A stretch of DNA of 64,000 bases from Planctomycetota bacterium (GTDB taxonomy: Bacteria > Planctomycetota > UBA8742 > UBA2392): the NCBI GenBank assembly GCA_015075515.1, contig JABTUE010000002.1, positions 661,478 to 725,477 of the forward strand, written 5' to 3'. The position numbers and the translations under genes were made by a program. The number at the start of each line of letters is the position of its first letter. Positions within the stretch are counted from its first letter, which is position 1. This document shows positions 1-10,333 of the stretch, one piece after another. The notes beneath the pieces were generated by a model. It worked only from the letters and a program-made list of their open reading frames with translations, did not search any database and was not told the DNA's origin.

Positions 1-2626
1 CACGCCCGAAAGCGTGGCAGCGGCACGCGGAAGCTGGATCACCAGCCCGCTGACACTGGCGCGGGCATTCAGGTACGGGCGCGTGGCCATGCCGTTCTTT
101 TCGCTGCGCACGGTCAGGCGGTAAAAGCCGGGGCTGAGGCCACGGATGGTGAACTCGCCTTTTTCGCCGGCGTTGGTTTCCTCGACCACCAGCATCTCAA
201 GCGAGTTGACCTGTTCGTTGTCGTTGCCGGCGTCGTCGCCTTCGGCGCTTACGGGGCTGGCCATCACGCGCACGCGGCCTTCCGGCACGCCGCCGCCCTC
301 AAGCTCAATGCGGCCGGAAATGCTGACGGTGAAGAAATCAATGTTGACTTCGATGTCGCCGGCCTTGTCCACGCGCACGCGCTGGCGCACCAGCGAAGGC
401 CCGCGCTGTCCGCCGCGGGCGATCTGGTAGGTGCCCAGCGGCACGCTGCGGAATTCATAACGGCCGTCGGGGTCGGTGGTGGTGTTGTTGGCGGCAAAGC
501 CGCCGAAACTGCCGCCGATCAGCACCAGCGACTTTTCGGCGTACACCTCGCCGTCCAGGCGCACCCGGCCGTAGATGCGCGCCGTGCCGGGTTTCTGGTC
601 GTACAGGTCGAACTGCACGCGCTGGCCGGGCTGGACCTCGACCTCGCTGGCCGGGTTGGGCAGCAGCAGCCGCGTCAGGTCGCCGGTGTTGCGCACCACG
701 CGGTACACCCCGCCGCCCAGTCCGGTCAGTTCATAGTTGCCGTTGCGGTCGGTGTAGGCGGTCTTGACGCGCACCGAATCGTCGGCAATCAGCCGCGCGC
801 CGGTGACCGGCACGCCGGGCATGGGCAGCCCCGCGGCGTCGTACACGCGCCCGTAAATGATGCCGCCGGCGGCAAGCTTGATGTCATGGCGCGTCTCCGT
901 GCCGACTTTCAGCGCCAGCGGCTCGCTGACATGCTTTTCGTGCAGCGGGCCCGTGGCCACCACCACATAACGCGCGGCCTTGAGACCCTCAATGCGATAA
1001 CTGCCGTCGGTGCCGCTGCGGATCGAAGTGGGGAACATCGTGCTTTCGCCGCGGTCGGGCAGGGATTCGCCGAAAAAGCTTTTCATGACAAAGCCCAGCT
1101 CGCGCGGGCCGTCGGCCTCGTAGGCCGCCACGGCCACGCCCGCCACGGGTTCGCCGCGGTCGTCGGTGACCGTGCCATAGATGACGGCCTGGGGCGCCAG
1201 CACCAGCGTCACGGTCTGGGGCGTGCCGACCACGGCCTGCACGGTGGCCGTGGCGTTGGCGTAGCCCTGGCGCGCCGCGGCCAGCGTGACCGTGCCGGGC
1301 GGAATTGCCGCCAGGGTAAAACTGCCGTCTTCGGCGCTGGTGGTTGCCACCTTGCGCGGCGGGATGGTGATGCCCACCACCAGCTCGCCGCCGCGCTGAA
1401 AATCGGTGTCGTTGTAATAGACAGCGGCGCCCGCCACCGGTTCGCCCCGGTCGTTGACCACGCGGCCGTTCACCACACAGCCCGAATCCAGCAGGATGTC
1501 CTGGCCGGAACGGGTCTGGCCGCTGCTTACACGCACGTTGCGCGTGCCGATGGCATAGCCCGGCGCGGTGGCGCGCAGCGTGAGCCCGCCCATGTCCTGG
1601 CCCGGCCCTTGGCCCTGGGCGTTGCCGCCAATGCCCGGCGGCGCGTTTTCAAACCGGAAGCGCCCCTGCGCGTCGGTAACCTGAAGCTCGAACATCCCGC
1701 CCAGAATCGTGCCCAGCTCCACGACCGCGCCGCCAATCGGCGTGTTGTCGGCCTTGCGCAGCACGCGGCCTTCAATGATGCCGGCCTGCACCAGCACAAA
1801 CGGCAGCAGTTCGAAGCTGGCAAATTCGGCCAGTTCGACCTCCTGGCGGTCGCGCGTCAGCGGGTTGATTTCGTTGGCTGTCCAGCCCGGCTTGTGGGCC
1901 GTGAACAGGTGCGTGCCGGGCGCCAGGTGTTCCAGGGCAAAGCGGCCGGCCTCGTCGCTGACACAGGGCCGCAGCCGCCCCAGCAGCGCGCCCAGGCGCG
2001 CCAGCGTGCCGCCGGCCCGGGCCGAGGTTTCGATTTTCACGCCCGGCAGCGGTTCATTGCTGGCGCCGTTGATCACCACGCCAAAGGCGCGCGCGGCGTC
2101 CAGCACGGTCAGTGTCAGGCCCTCGACGGGTTTGTCTTTCTCGACAAGAAAGGGTGCCGTGGCCGCCAGCGCCTTGCGTTCCATCAGGCAGGCCACAAAG
2201 TAGCGGTCGCCGACGTTGAGCTGTTCCTCAAAACTGAAGTTGCCGTTGTCGTCGGTGACGGCACTGGGACCGGTGGTGACGGGTTCGTCTTCGGGCAGCA
2301 GCGTCACGGTAATGCCGGGGGCACCATCGCCGTAGAAATCCAGGGCGCGGCCCGAAACACGGGCAGCAGCGCGCAGCCTGGGCACGACCACTTTGGGCTG
2401 GGGTTGCGGGTTTTCAGGCCCGGTCTCGGGGCCGCCGGAATCCGGCGTTTGCGGGCGGGGGGCGTCGGGGCGCAGGGCGATGGCGGCGTTTCCGGCCGGG
2501 GCGTTGGCGGCTTTGGCGCGGCTGTTTGCCGGCGCCGGCTGTTGCAGCACAAACCAGGCGATCAACAGCCCGACCAAAAGCAGAACCACAACCCCGGCAA
2601 GCAGCGGCGCGCGTGACTGGCCCATG
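1..2626 (-). CDS. Large secreted or membrane-anchored protein with tandem carboxypeptidase-regulatory-like (CarboxypepD_reg/Cna-B-like) beta-sandwich domains. The ATG at 2624-2626 is in the window. The gene continues past coordinate 1, so its 3' end is truncated by the window edge.
   Basis: Manual reverse-complement translation from ATG 2626: MGQSRAPLLAGVVVLLLVGLLIAWFVL... (N-terminal hydrophobic anchor). It stays open for more than 870 codons to the window edge. It is absent from the ORF track because no stop lies in the window. Repeated motifs of the type G.V.D..G.P..GA.V...DGSF and GRYEF are typical of CarboxypepD_reg domains. GC3 is high, consistent with real coding. The plus-strand ORF 886..2616 is its low-complexity antisense shadow. 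Confidence 0.75.
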
Positions 2627-2820
2627 GTCTCTCTCGAACTCTTTGCCCCCGTCCAAACATAGTGCATCGGGGCAGCAAACCCTCACGGTACGGGCACGTT
2701 AAATGTTGCCACGGAACGTGGTTACGTCACAGGCACGGGCGCGGCGCCGTCCTTTGCGTCCCGCTGATTCCCTGCGGCGGAATGCCGCGCCGTCCGTACA
2801 ATCCCCTCAGGAGACAACCG

Positions 2821-4068
2821 ATGCGCCTGATGACCGCCCTGTTTGCCCTGTTTGTCCTTGCGGCCGCGCCGCTGTGCGCCCAGGCCACGGTACGCAGCAT
2901 CTTCAAGGATCCGGTGACGGGCAAGATCCGCAAACTGGACGCCCAGGGCCGGCTGGAAATCGAAATCGCCGGCAGCGATGTGCCCGAGCGCATCGGCCTG
3001 GATGAAATCGAGCAGGTCTCGTTTGCCCACAAGGGCGACGAACGCAAGCCCGAAGACGCGCCGCTGCGGGTGTATCTGGTCAACGGCGACGTGCTGTACG
3101 GCACGCCCGACACCGCGCCCGACAAGGACGAAGACAAGTTCGTGCTGCGCAGCCCCCGCTTTGGCGAACTGGTGCTGGGCATCAACATGGTGCGCCGCAT
3201 CGAGGTCGTGGCCAACGTGCAGCCCGGCGTTCTGCCCGAGCTGGAACCCTCGGCCAAGGGCGATGTCACCTACTTCGCCGCCGTGGGCAACAAGCCCGCC
3301 CAGGCCGACCCGGCCTCGTCGCTGATGCGCATCGTCAAGGAAGGCGCCTGGCTGTACAACGAACACCTGGACGACGACGAGTCCGGCATGCTGTACGAAT
3401 GGGGCCGGCTGCGCGGCGTGGTGTGCCTGCGTTCGCGCCACAACGCCTACGACAAGCTGCTGGGCATTGCGCTGCTGCGCGACGGCAGCCAGCTTCGCGG
3501 CCCGATCGCAAGCTGGCAGGACGGCAAACTGGTGCTGGACCACAAGGTGACGGGCAAGCCCGTGACTCTGGCCGAAACCGCGCTGCTGTCGGTGACGATG
3601 AAAAACGGGCGCTACCAGTACCTGAGCGACATGGAGTTCGCCCGCCAGCCCGAAGAGCGCCCGTTTTACCTGCCGGGCGACTTCAAGTACGAAGACTATC
3701 TGTTCAAGGTGCGCCGCGACCAGGCCCAGGGCGGCGGCCCGCTGAGCATCCGGGGCCGCACCTACGCCAAGGGCCTTGGTGTGCACGCGATCAGCCGGCT
3801 GACGTTCAATGTCAACCGCGGCTACAAGCGCTTTCTGGCCGATGTCGGCCTTGACGACAGCGCCGGCGACCTGGCCAGCGTGGAGTTCAAGGTTTACGCC
3901 GACGGCAAGCTGGTGTGGGAATCGGGCGTGCTGCGCCGCAGCACGGGCGTCAAAACGATTGACATCGAGATCCTGAACGTGACCCAGCTTGTTCTGGAGG
4001 TCACGGCCGCCGACAACGCCGACATCCAGGACCGCGCCAACTGGGCCAACGCCAAGGTGGTGCGCTGA
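2821..4068 (+). CDS. Secreted protein with a C-terminal NPCBM/NEW2 carbohydrate-binding-like domain.
   Basis: Signal peptide MRLMTALFALFVLAAAPLCAQA. C-terminal GRTYAKGLGVHAISRLTFNVNRGYKRFLADVGLDDSAGDLASVEFKVYADGKLVWESGV...ADIQDRANWANAKVV matches the NPCBM hallmark (GLGVHA...VG.DD....V.F.V..DG......D.A.WA.AK). The start is taken at ATG 2821, internal to track ORF 2662..4068. Confidence 0.75.
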   Translation: MRLMTALFALFVLAAAPLCAQATVRSIFKDPVTGKIRKLDAQGRLEIEIAGSDVPERIGLDEIEQVSFAHKGDERKPEDAPLRVYLVNGDVLYGTPDTAPDKDEDKFVLRSPRFGELVLGINMVRRIEVVANVQPGVLPELEPSAKGDVTYFAAVGNKPAQADPASSLMRIVKEGAWLYNEHLDDDESGMLYEWGRLRGVVCLRSRHNAYDKLLGIALLRDGSQLRGPIASWQDGKLVLDHKVTGKPVTLAETALLSVTMKNGRYQYLSDMEFARQPEERPFYLPGDFKYEDYLFKVRRDQAQGGGPLSIRGRTYAKGLGVHAISRLTFNVNRGYKRFLADVGLDDSAGDLASVEFKVYADGKLVWESGVLRRSTGVKTIDIEILNVTQLVLEVTAADNADIQDRANWANAKVVR

Positions 4069-4218
4069 ACGCGCGCCGCGCCGGGGCGTATCGCGCGCCA
4101 GAACGGCTGCTAGAATCCGGCGCCTCTGTTCCGCGGCATGCCGCCGCGGCTGTTCTCCGACGATCTCGCGTTGTGTCCTTCGACATTGCCGACGATTCCG
4201 GGCCATGAAAGCCTCTGC

Positions 4219-5535
4219 ATGGAACCAGCCAGTTTTGAAGCCCTGTCACTCGATGTCCCGTTGTTGCGCGCCCTGGCCGACGAAGGTTACGAAAGACCGA
4301 CCCAGATCCAGCGCGATTCGATTCCGCCGGCCCTGGCCGGCCGCGACCTGCTGGCGATTGCCCCCACCGGCACCGGCAAGACCGCCGCGTTTACACTGCC
4401 GATTCTGCAGCGTCTGGCGCGCGAAAGCCGGCCCGGCCCGCGCGTGATCCGCGCGCTGATTCTGACCCCCACGCGCGAACTGGCGCTGCAGGTCGAAACC
4501 AGCCTGACGGCCTACGGCCGCCACCTGGCGCTGACCAGCGCGGTGGTGATGGGCGGTGTGAACATGAACCCGCAGATCCGCGCGCTGCGCAAGGGCGTGG
4601 ACATTCTGGTGGCGACACCGGGGCGGCTGCTGGACCTGATGCAGCAGGGTCATGTGAAACTGGACAGCGTGCAGGTGTTTGTGCTGGACGAAGCCGACCG
4701 CATGCTGGACATGGGTTTCATTCATGACGTGCGCCGGATCGCGGCGCGCGTGCCGGCGGCGCGCCAGACCCTGTTCTTTTCAGCCACCATGCCGCCGCCG
4801 GTGGCGGAACTGGCCCACACGCTGCTGCGCGACCCGGCCCGGGTCGAAGTAGCCCCCGAGCCGGTGGCGCGTCCCAGGATCACGCAGCGGCTGATGTTCG
4901 TGGACCAGAAGGACAAGTTCGGGCTGCTGGTCAGCCTGCTGCACCAGTTTGCGGGCGGGCGGGTGCTGGTGTTCGCACGCACCAAACACCGCGCCGACAA
5001 AATCGTGCGCCAGTTGTCGCGCAACGGCATCCGCGCCGACGCCATGCACGGCAACAAAAGCCAGAACGCGCGGGTGCGCACGCTGGCCGATTTCGCCGCC
5101 GGCAAGCTGCGCGTGCTGGTGGCCACCGACATTGTGGCGCGCGGCATTGACGTGGACGGCATCAGCCACGTGATCAACTTTGACCTCAGCGACGAACCCG
5201 AGAACCATATTCACCGCATCGGGCGCACCGCCCGGGCCGGGGCCAGCGGCGTGGCGATTTCATTCTGCGATCACGACGAAATTGAAAAGCTGTGGCAGAT
5301 CGCACGCCTGCACGACGAACCGCTGCCCCAGGACACCGGCCACGCGTTTCACCGGCCCGCGATCACCAGCGCCTATGACGATTTCGCGGCCGTGCGCGTG
5401 GGCGGCCGCCGCGCGCCCGCCCCGGCCGCGACAGCACACAGGCGCGAAGGCGGCGGACACCGGGGCCCGGGCGACAAACCCGGCCGCCCGCGCGGGTTCG
5501 GCCGCCGCCGGCGCCGGGGCGGACACCGGCGGTAA
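4219..5535 (+). CDS. rhlE: DEAD-box ATP-dependent RNA helicase (RhlE-like) with an Arg/Gly-rich C-terminal tail.
   Basis: Q-motif (PTQIQRDSIP), motif I APTGTGKT, DEAD (VLDEADRM), SAT, HRIGRTARAG. C-terminal RGG/RRRR tail. The start is taken at ATG 4219 (MEPASFEALSLDVP...). Confidence 0.85.
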   Translation: MEPASFEALSLDVPLLRALADEGYERPTQIQRDSIPPALAGRDLLAIAPTGTGKTAAFTLPILQRLARESRPGPRVIRALILTPTRELALQVETSLTAYGRHLALTSAVVMGGVNMNPQIRALRKGVDILVATPGRLLDLMQQGHVKLDSVQVFVLDEADRMLDMGFIHDVRRIAARVPAARQTLFFSATMPPPVAELAHTLLRDPARVEVAPEPVARPRITQRLMFVDQKDKFGLLVSLLHQFAGGRVLVFARTKHRADKIVRQLSRNGIRADAMHGNKSQNARVRTLADFAAGKLRVLVATDIVARGIDVDGISHVINFDLSDEPENHIHRIGRTARAGASGVAISFCDHDEIEKLWQIARLHDEPLPQDTGHAFHRPAITSAYDDFAAVRVGGRRAPAPAATAHRREGGGHRGPGDKPGRPRGFGRRRRRGGHRR

Positions 5536-5543
5536 ACCGTTCT

Positions 5544-8500
5544 TCAGGCCGTGGCGGGTTCGACGGCGTTGAGTTTTTCCTCGGCCAGTTTCCTGACGCC
5601 GCGCAGGTCAATCTTGCCCGTGCCCAGAACCGGCAGCGCCGGCACTTCGACAAAATCGTTGGGCCTGGGGATGAACAGGTTGGGCAGGCCCTGCTTCTGA
5701 AGGCCTTCCAGCAGGATTTCGATGCTGACTTCGCACTTGCAGTGCACCACGGCGATGCGTTCGCCCTTGCGTTCGTCGCGCACGGCGGTCACGGCAAACA
5801 CCTGCTGGGTGGCGGTGACGCAGGCGTGCAGGGCTTCTTCGATTTTGATGTGCGGTACCATTTCGCCGCCGATCTTGGAAAAGCGCGACAGCCGGTCGGT
5901 GATCGCGATATAGCCGTCCTCGTCCACTTTGGCGATGTCGCCGGTGACGTACCACCCGTCGCGCAGCACCTTGGCGTCAAGGTCCGGCCGGTCGAGGTAC
6001 CCCTTCATCACGTTGGGGCCCTTGACCAGCAGCATGCCCGGCGTGCCGACAGGCAGGGGCTCAAACGTGTCCGGATCCACCACACGCACGCTCACGCCCG
6101 GCAGGGGCTGGCCCACGGTGCCCACGCGGTTGCCCTTCTGGTAGAAGCCGCGGGCGCGGAAATCCAGGCTGTTGACGGCAATCACCGGCGCGCATTCCGT
6201 GCAGCCGTAGCCCTCCAGAATCTCGACACCGAAGTGTTCCTTGAACGCGGCGGCGAACTTGGGCGAAAGTTTTTCCGCCCCGGCCACGACCAGCCGCATG
6301 CTGCCGAACTGGCCGGGCTGGATGCGCTTCATGTACATCTGCAGAAACGTGGGCGTGGCGCAGATCGCCGTGCCGCCGTAGCCCTCGCACAGGTGCCCGA
6401 TCGTCTCGGCATCCAGGGGGTTGGGCGCCAGCACCAGCGCCGGCCCCACGTGCACACCCACCCACAACAGCAGGTTGCCGAAGCTGTGAAACAGCGGCAG
6501 CAGATGCACCAGCCGGTCTCGGGCGTCAAAGTGCAGCGTCTGGGCCGCGGCCTCCACGTTGCTCAGAATATTGAAGTGCGTCAGTTGCACGCCCTTGGGC
6601 TCGCCGGTGCTGCCGCTTGAGAAAATGATCGTGGCCACGTCGTCCATTTCGGGGCGCTTGCGCGCGTGCACCAGCCGTTCAATCGCGAAATACGGCATCA
6701 CTGCCGCGAAAAGCATGGCCTTGAGCCTTTCGCGCGTGCCGATGGTCGGGGCGATGTCTTCCAGCAGCACGACCTGCACGTTGCCCGGCGGTTCCAGTTT
6801 TGCCTTTTCCAGAAACGCGCGGCTGGTGACCACGGTTTTCAGCCCGGCCTGGGCGCAGGCGGCCTCCATGCCGGCTTTGCCCGTGGTGTAGTTCAGGTTG
6901 ACAAAACAGCGCGCTGAAATCGCGGCGGCCATGTTCACCAACGCGCCGCCGACACTGGGCGGCAGCAGAATGCCCACCCGCGCCTGGTCGGCCCACACCT
7001 TGCGCAACGCGCGCGCCAGCGCGATCGCGCCGGTCACGGCCTTGAGCCGGATCAGCGCCCCGCGCACCGGGTCAGCCAGCCCCAGCGTGAACGGGTGGCG
7101 GCGGGCGCTGCGCACCACGCTGTAGCCCAGCGGCAGCATGCCGCGCTTGCGCAGCATCCAGCCCTGCTGGCTCAAATCGTGAACCGCGCGGCGCACCTCG
7201 GTCAGCGGCGTGGACGACGGCATGGGCGCGCCGAACAGCACGTTGATCGGCCGCGGGAAACGGCGCGGCAGCTTGGTCACCATGCGGCCGCCGGCGGGGC
7301 TGAAGACACTGCCCCACACGTTGTCCAGTTGCATCGGGATGATCGGAACGTTGCGGCCCTTGACGATAATTTCGGCGCCGCGCCGGAACGGCAGCAGCAT
7401 GCCGATGCGGCTGATTTCACCCTCGGCAAAAATGCACACCAGCTCGCCCTGGTCCAGATAGCGCCCGGCGTCCTTCAGCGCGCGCATCACCACCTTGGGC
7501 CCGCCGGTGCTGGAAACCGGAATCGCGCCCAGCGCCTTCATGAACGGCTTGAGCAGCGGGTGGTAAAAGTAATGCTCGTCCACAATGAAGCGCACCGGCC
7601 GGTCAATCGAGGCCAGCACGAACAGCCCGTCGGCCAGCGACAGGTGGTTGGCCACCAGCAGCGCCCCGCCCGTGCGCGGCACGTGGTGACGCCCGGAAAC
7701 GTGAATGCGGTAGGCCGTGCCGGCCAGAATCACGGCCACCAGCCGCACCAGCGCGTCAGGCAGAAGTTTGATCGCCCAGGCCGTTCCGGCCAGGGTAATG
7801 CCCGCCGCGCCCAGAAAGATGCCCACCGGCGACAGCCGGGCAAAGAACGCCAGGCCGGTGCCCAAAAGCGAACCCGCCAGCACGCCCGTGAACACAAAGA
7901 TGTTGGCCAGCGCGATCACACTGCCGCGCAGGTGCGCCCGCGGACGGCTTTGCAGCACCGCCTGCAGCGGAACGACGATCAGGCCGCTGGAGATGCCCAT
8001 CAGTGTCATCAGCACGCACACGCCGGTCATGCCCGGCGCGCCGGCGCCCAGCGCCAGTGTCAGCACGCCCAGCCCGATACTGCCCAGCGGAATCAGGCCG
8101 TATTCGACCTTGCCGCCGGACAACCGCCCGGCCAGCACGCTGCCGGCACCCACGCCCAGGCCGAACAGCGCCAGCGGCAGACCGGCCAGGTCGTCGCCGG
8201 CGCGCACCACGGCCTTCATGTACACGACCAGGTTCTGGCCCAGCAGGCTGGCCACGCCCCAGAACAGCGTGGCGCCCAGCACCGTCAGCCACAGCACGCG
8301 GTCGGCGCGCACTTCGCGCCAGGCCGCGCGCATGCCGCCTTCCTGGCCCGGCGCGCGCGCGGGGCTCACGCGCGGCACGGCCAGCGACGCCGCCAGCCCG
8401 ATCGCGGCAAAGGCCAGCAGCGGCAGAATCGCCCAGTGCGGCGCGGCACCGGCCCGGGCCAGCATCACACCGCCCAGCGCCGTGCCGCCGATGATGGCCA

Positions 8501-8999
8501 GAAACGTCCACAGTTCGAGCAGCCCGTTGCCGCGCGAAAGTTTTTCATGGGGCAGAATCTCGGGCAGAATGCCGTACTTGGCCGGGCTGAAGAACGCGCT
8601 CTGGATGCCCATCGCCGCCAGCACCGCCAGCAGCGGCCAGAACGCGCCCTCGGGCGCCAGCCACAGCACCGCAAACGCCCCGGCCACCAGCAGCAGCTCA
8701 AGACCCTTGAGCGCCACGATCAGCCTGTGCTTGCTGACCCGGTCAGCCAGCACGCCGGCCGGAATCGAACACAGCGCCAGCGGAATCGTCAGCGCCGCCA
8801 TCACACCCGCTGTCACCAGTTGCGCCGCCCGCGCCGCCGATTCGCCGGAATCCCCGCGCGTGAACGCAGCAATGCCCAGCAGCGTCAGAATCATCTTCAG
8901 CGCGTTGTCGTTGAACGCGCCGAAGAACTGCGCCACCAGCAGCCCCGGCATCGGGCGCCGGCGTGACGCCGGCGCCGAAGTTGTCGCGCTTTCGTTCAT
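5544..8999 (-). CDS. aas: Triple-fusion protein: MFS lysophospholipid transporter (LplT-like), PlsC-type acyltransferase (HX4D), and AMP-dependent acyl-ACP synthetase (Aas-like).
   Basis: 1151 aa. N-terminal ~400 aa has 12 predicted TM segments of MFS type. The middle region carries the acyltransferase motif VANHLSLADG with FAEGEISR. The C-terminal region has the AMP-binding motif IIFSSGSTGEPKGV and ligase motifs. A coherent single ORF with high GC3. Confidence 0.85.
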   Translation of the reverse strand: MNESATTSAPASRRRPMPGLLVAQFFGAFNDNALKMILTLLGIAAFTRGDSGESAARAAQLVTAGVMAALTIPLALCSIPAGVLADRVSKHRLIVALKGLELLLVAGAFAVLWLAPEGAFWPLLAVLAAMGIQSAFFSPAKYGILPEILPHEKLSRGNGLLELWTFLAIIGGTALGGVMLARAGAAPHWAILPLLAFAAIGLAASLAVPRVSPARAPGQEGGMRAAWREVRADRVLWLTVLGATLFWGVASLLGQNLVVYMKAVVRAGDDLAGLPLALFGLGVGAGSVLAGRLSGGKVEYGLIPLGSIGLGVLTLALGAGAPGMTGVCVLMTLMGISSGLIVVPLQAVLQSRPRAHLRGSVIALANIFVFTGVLAGSLLGTGLAFFARLSPVGIFLGAAGITLAGTAWAIKLLPDALVRLVAVILAGTAYRIHVSGRHHVPRTGGALLVANHLSLADGLFVLASIDRPVRFIVDEHYFYHPLLKPFMKALGAIPVSSTGGPKVVMRALKDAGRYLDQGELVCIFAEGEISRIGMLLPFRRGAEIIVKGRNVPIIPMQLDNVWGSVFSPAGGRMVTKLPRRFPRPINVLFGAPMPSSTPLTEVRRAVHDLSQQGWMLRKRGMLPLGYSVVRSARRHPFTLGLADPVRGALIRLKAVTGAIALARALRKVWADQARVGILLPPSVGGALVNMAAAISARCFVNLNYTTGKAGMEAACAQAGLKTVVTSRAFLEKAKLEPPGNVQVVLLEDIAPTIGTRERLKAMLFAAVMPYFAIERLVHARKRPEMDDVATIIFSSGSTGEPKGVQLTHFNILSNVEAAAQTLHFDARDRLVHLLPLFHSFGNLLLWVGVHVGPALVLAPNPLDAETIGHLCEGYGGTAICATPTFLQMYMKRIQPGQFGSMRLVVAGAEKLSPKFAAAFKEHFGVEILEGYGCTECAPVIAVNSLDFRARGFYQKGNRVGTVGQPLPGVSVRVVDPDTFEPLPVGTPGMLLVKGPNVMKGYLDRPDLDAKVLRDGWYVTGDIAKVDEDGYIAITDRLSRFSKIGGEMVPHIKIEEALHACVTATQQVFAVTAVRDERKGERIAVVHCKCEVSIEILLEGLQKQGLPNLFIPRPNDFVEVPALPVLGTGKIDLRGVRKLAEEKLNAVEPATA

Positions 9000-9145
9000 G
9001 GCTTTCGCCCGGCCCGATCTATCACGGCATTATATCATACCATGATACATTTGCAACCGGCTTCTGAACCCGGCAATCATAGGCACCGCCCGCGTCCGCG
9101 CGACACGATTCACCCCGGATTGTTCCCCCTTGCTACAATCCGTCC

Positions 9146-10312
9146 ATGCGCCGTCTTGCCGCCGTTGTGCTGGTGCTTCTGGTCTTTACCGCTTCGTCCG
9201 TGGCCAAGGACGAGCCGCTGGTGATCGAAATTGCCAACACCGGGGCCCACGCCACGGCCTTGCGCGTGATTGAGCACGAACTGGCGGCGCTCAGCGGCGA
9301 TTTCGCCGTGCGCGGCCCCGACGGCAAGGATCTGCCGGCGGTGTATGACGCCAAAGGCAAAAAACTGCGCTTTCTGGCCAGTGTGCCGGCCGGGGGCGGC
9401 AAGTTCACGCTGCACCGGGGGACCAAATCCACGGCCAAATTGCCGGCGTGGAAGAAGGCAAAAATTGACAAGTCGCAGCTCAAGCTGGATGAAAAGAAGA
9501 CCATAGACTGGGTCAGCGGCGGTCTGGACAACGGCCTGCTGTACTGCGGCGTGATGGCCGAAAAGACCGTGCAGGGGCGGGTAGAGATCCGGACGCTCAA
9601 GGGCGACTACGCGATCCGTCTTTCGCCGCTGGGCGCCAGCGCCGGCTGTGTCGAGACCGCCCAGGACGGCGCCAAGGTCAACGAGGACTACGCCAAAGGC
9701 GTGCAGAAATCGCCCGAGATTTTCTCGATCACGCCCTGCATCGCCACGGCAATCAAGGTGGATGAAAGCGACCCGCTGCGGCGCGTGATCCGCGTGACCT
9801 GCCACGCCCACGCCCGGCGCAACGACGGCAGGATGCTGGATCTGTTTGAAAACCTGGGCTACGACATCACGCTTACCTGGAACAGCCCGGTGGTGGTCAT
9901 TACCGCCACGCGCAAGCTCAAGACTGCCTATTACAACCACAACGGCGTGAACCTGAACGAGATCTACGTGGACGCCCTGCCCGTCGGTTACGCGGCCGAC
10001 GGCGGCGAAATCAAGGACACAAAGCCGACCGGCGCGGTGCTGAACCTGAACTTTGAACGCACGATGTGGCTGCGCGACAAGACCGGCTCGACCGTGATCT
10101 GCCAGCCCGACTACAAACGCCTGGGCATCTACAAGCCCTGCGTTGTGCTGGCCAGCGACCGCATCATGACGATTCTGAGCCAGAGCTGGCACGAAGGCTG
10201 GAAGGCCATTGAAATCAAGGCCGGCGACTACGTGGACACCATGACCTTGGCCTGCAACGTGGGCGGGGACAAGACCCTGGCCGACTGGACGGCCGAACTT
10301 CTGCCAGAATAG
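9146..10312 (+). CDS. Hypothetical secreted protein (388 aa) with no recognisable domain.
   Basis: Signal peptide MRRLAAVVLVLLVFTASSVA. Balanced K/D/E-rich composition, unlike the antisense ORF 9110..10192, which is R/G/H-rich. A TACAAT box lies 8 bp upstream of the ATG. Confidence 0.7.
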   Translation: MRRLAAVVLVLLVFTASSVAKDEPLVIEIANTGAHATALRVIEHELAALSGDFAVRGPDGKDLPAVYDAKGKKLRFLASVPAGGGKFTLHRGTKSTAKLPAWKKAKIDKSQLKLDEKKTIDWVSGGLDNGLLYCGVMAEKTVQGRVEIRTLKGDYAIRLSPLGASAGCVETAQDGAKVNEDYAKGVQKSPEIFSITPCIATAIKVDESDPLRRVIRVTCHAHARRNDGRMLDLFENLGYDITLTWNSPVVVITATRKLKTAYYNHNGVNLNEIYVDALPVGYAADGGEIKDTKPTGAVLNLNFERTMWLRDKTGSTVICQPDYKRLGIYKPCVVLASDRIMTILSQSWHEGWKAIEIKAGDYVDTMTLACNVGGDKTLADWTAELLPE

Positions 10313-10333
10313 CGGCCGGAACCGCGGCGGGAT

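Noticed and set aside
886-2616. 576-aa plus-strand ORF (MARLRADFQRQRLAD...).
   Set aside because: It is R/G/H/A-rich and low-complexity with no start context. It is antisense to a well-formed minus-strand coding frame with domain repeats, so it is a high-GC shadow ORF.
2722-4206. 494-aa minus-strand ORF opposite the NPCBM gene.
   Set aside because: It is the antisense shadow of 2821..4068. Its composition (R/G/A/H/Q) and lack of motifs are typical of non-coding frames in 68% GC DNA.
7095-8966. 623-aa plus-strand ORF, and 442-aa ORF 7717..9045.
   Set aside because: Both lie opposite the Aas fusion gene, which has unmistakable MFS, PlsC and AMP-binding motifs. The ORFs have Q/R/H/A- or S/P/A/R-rich low-complexity composition.
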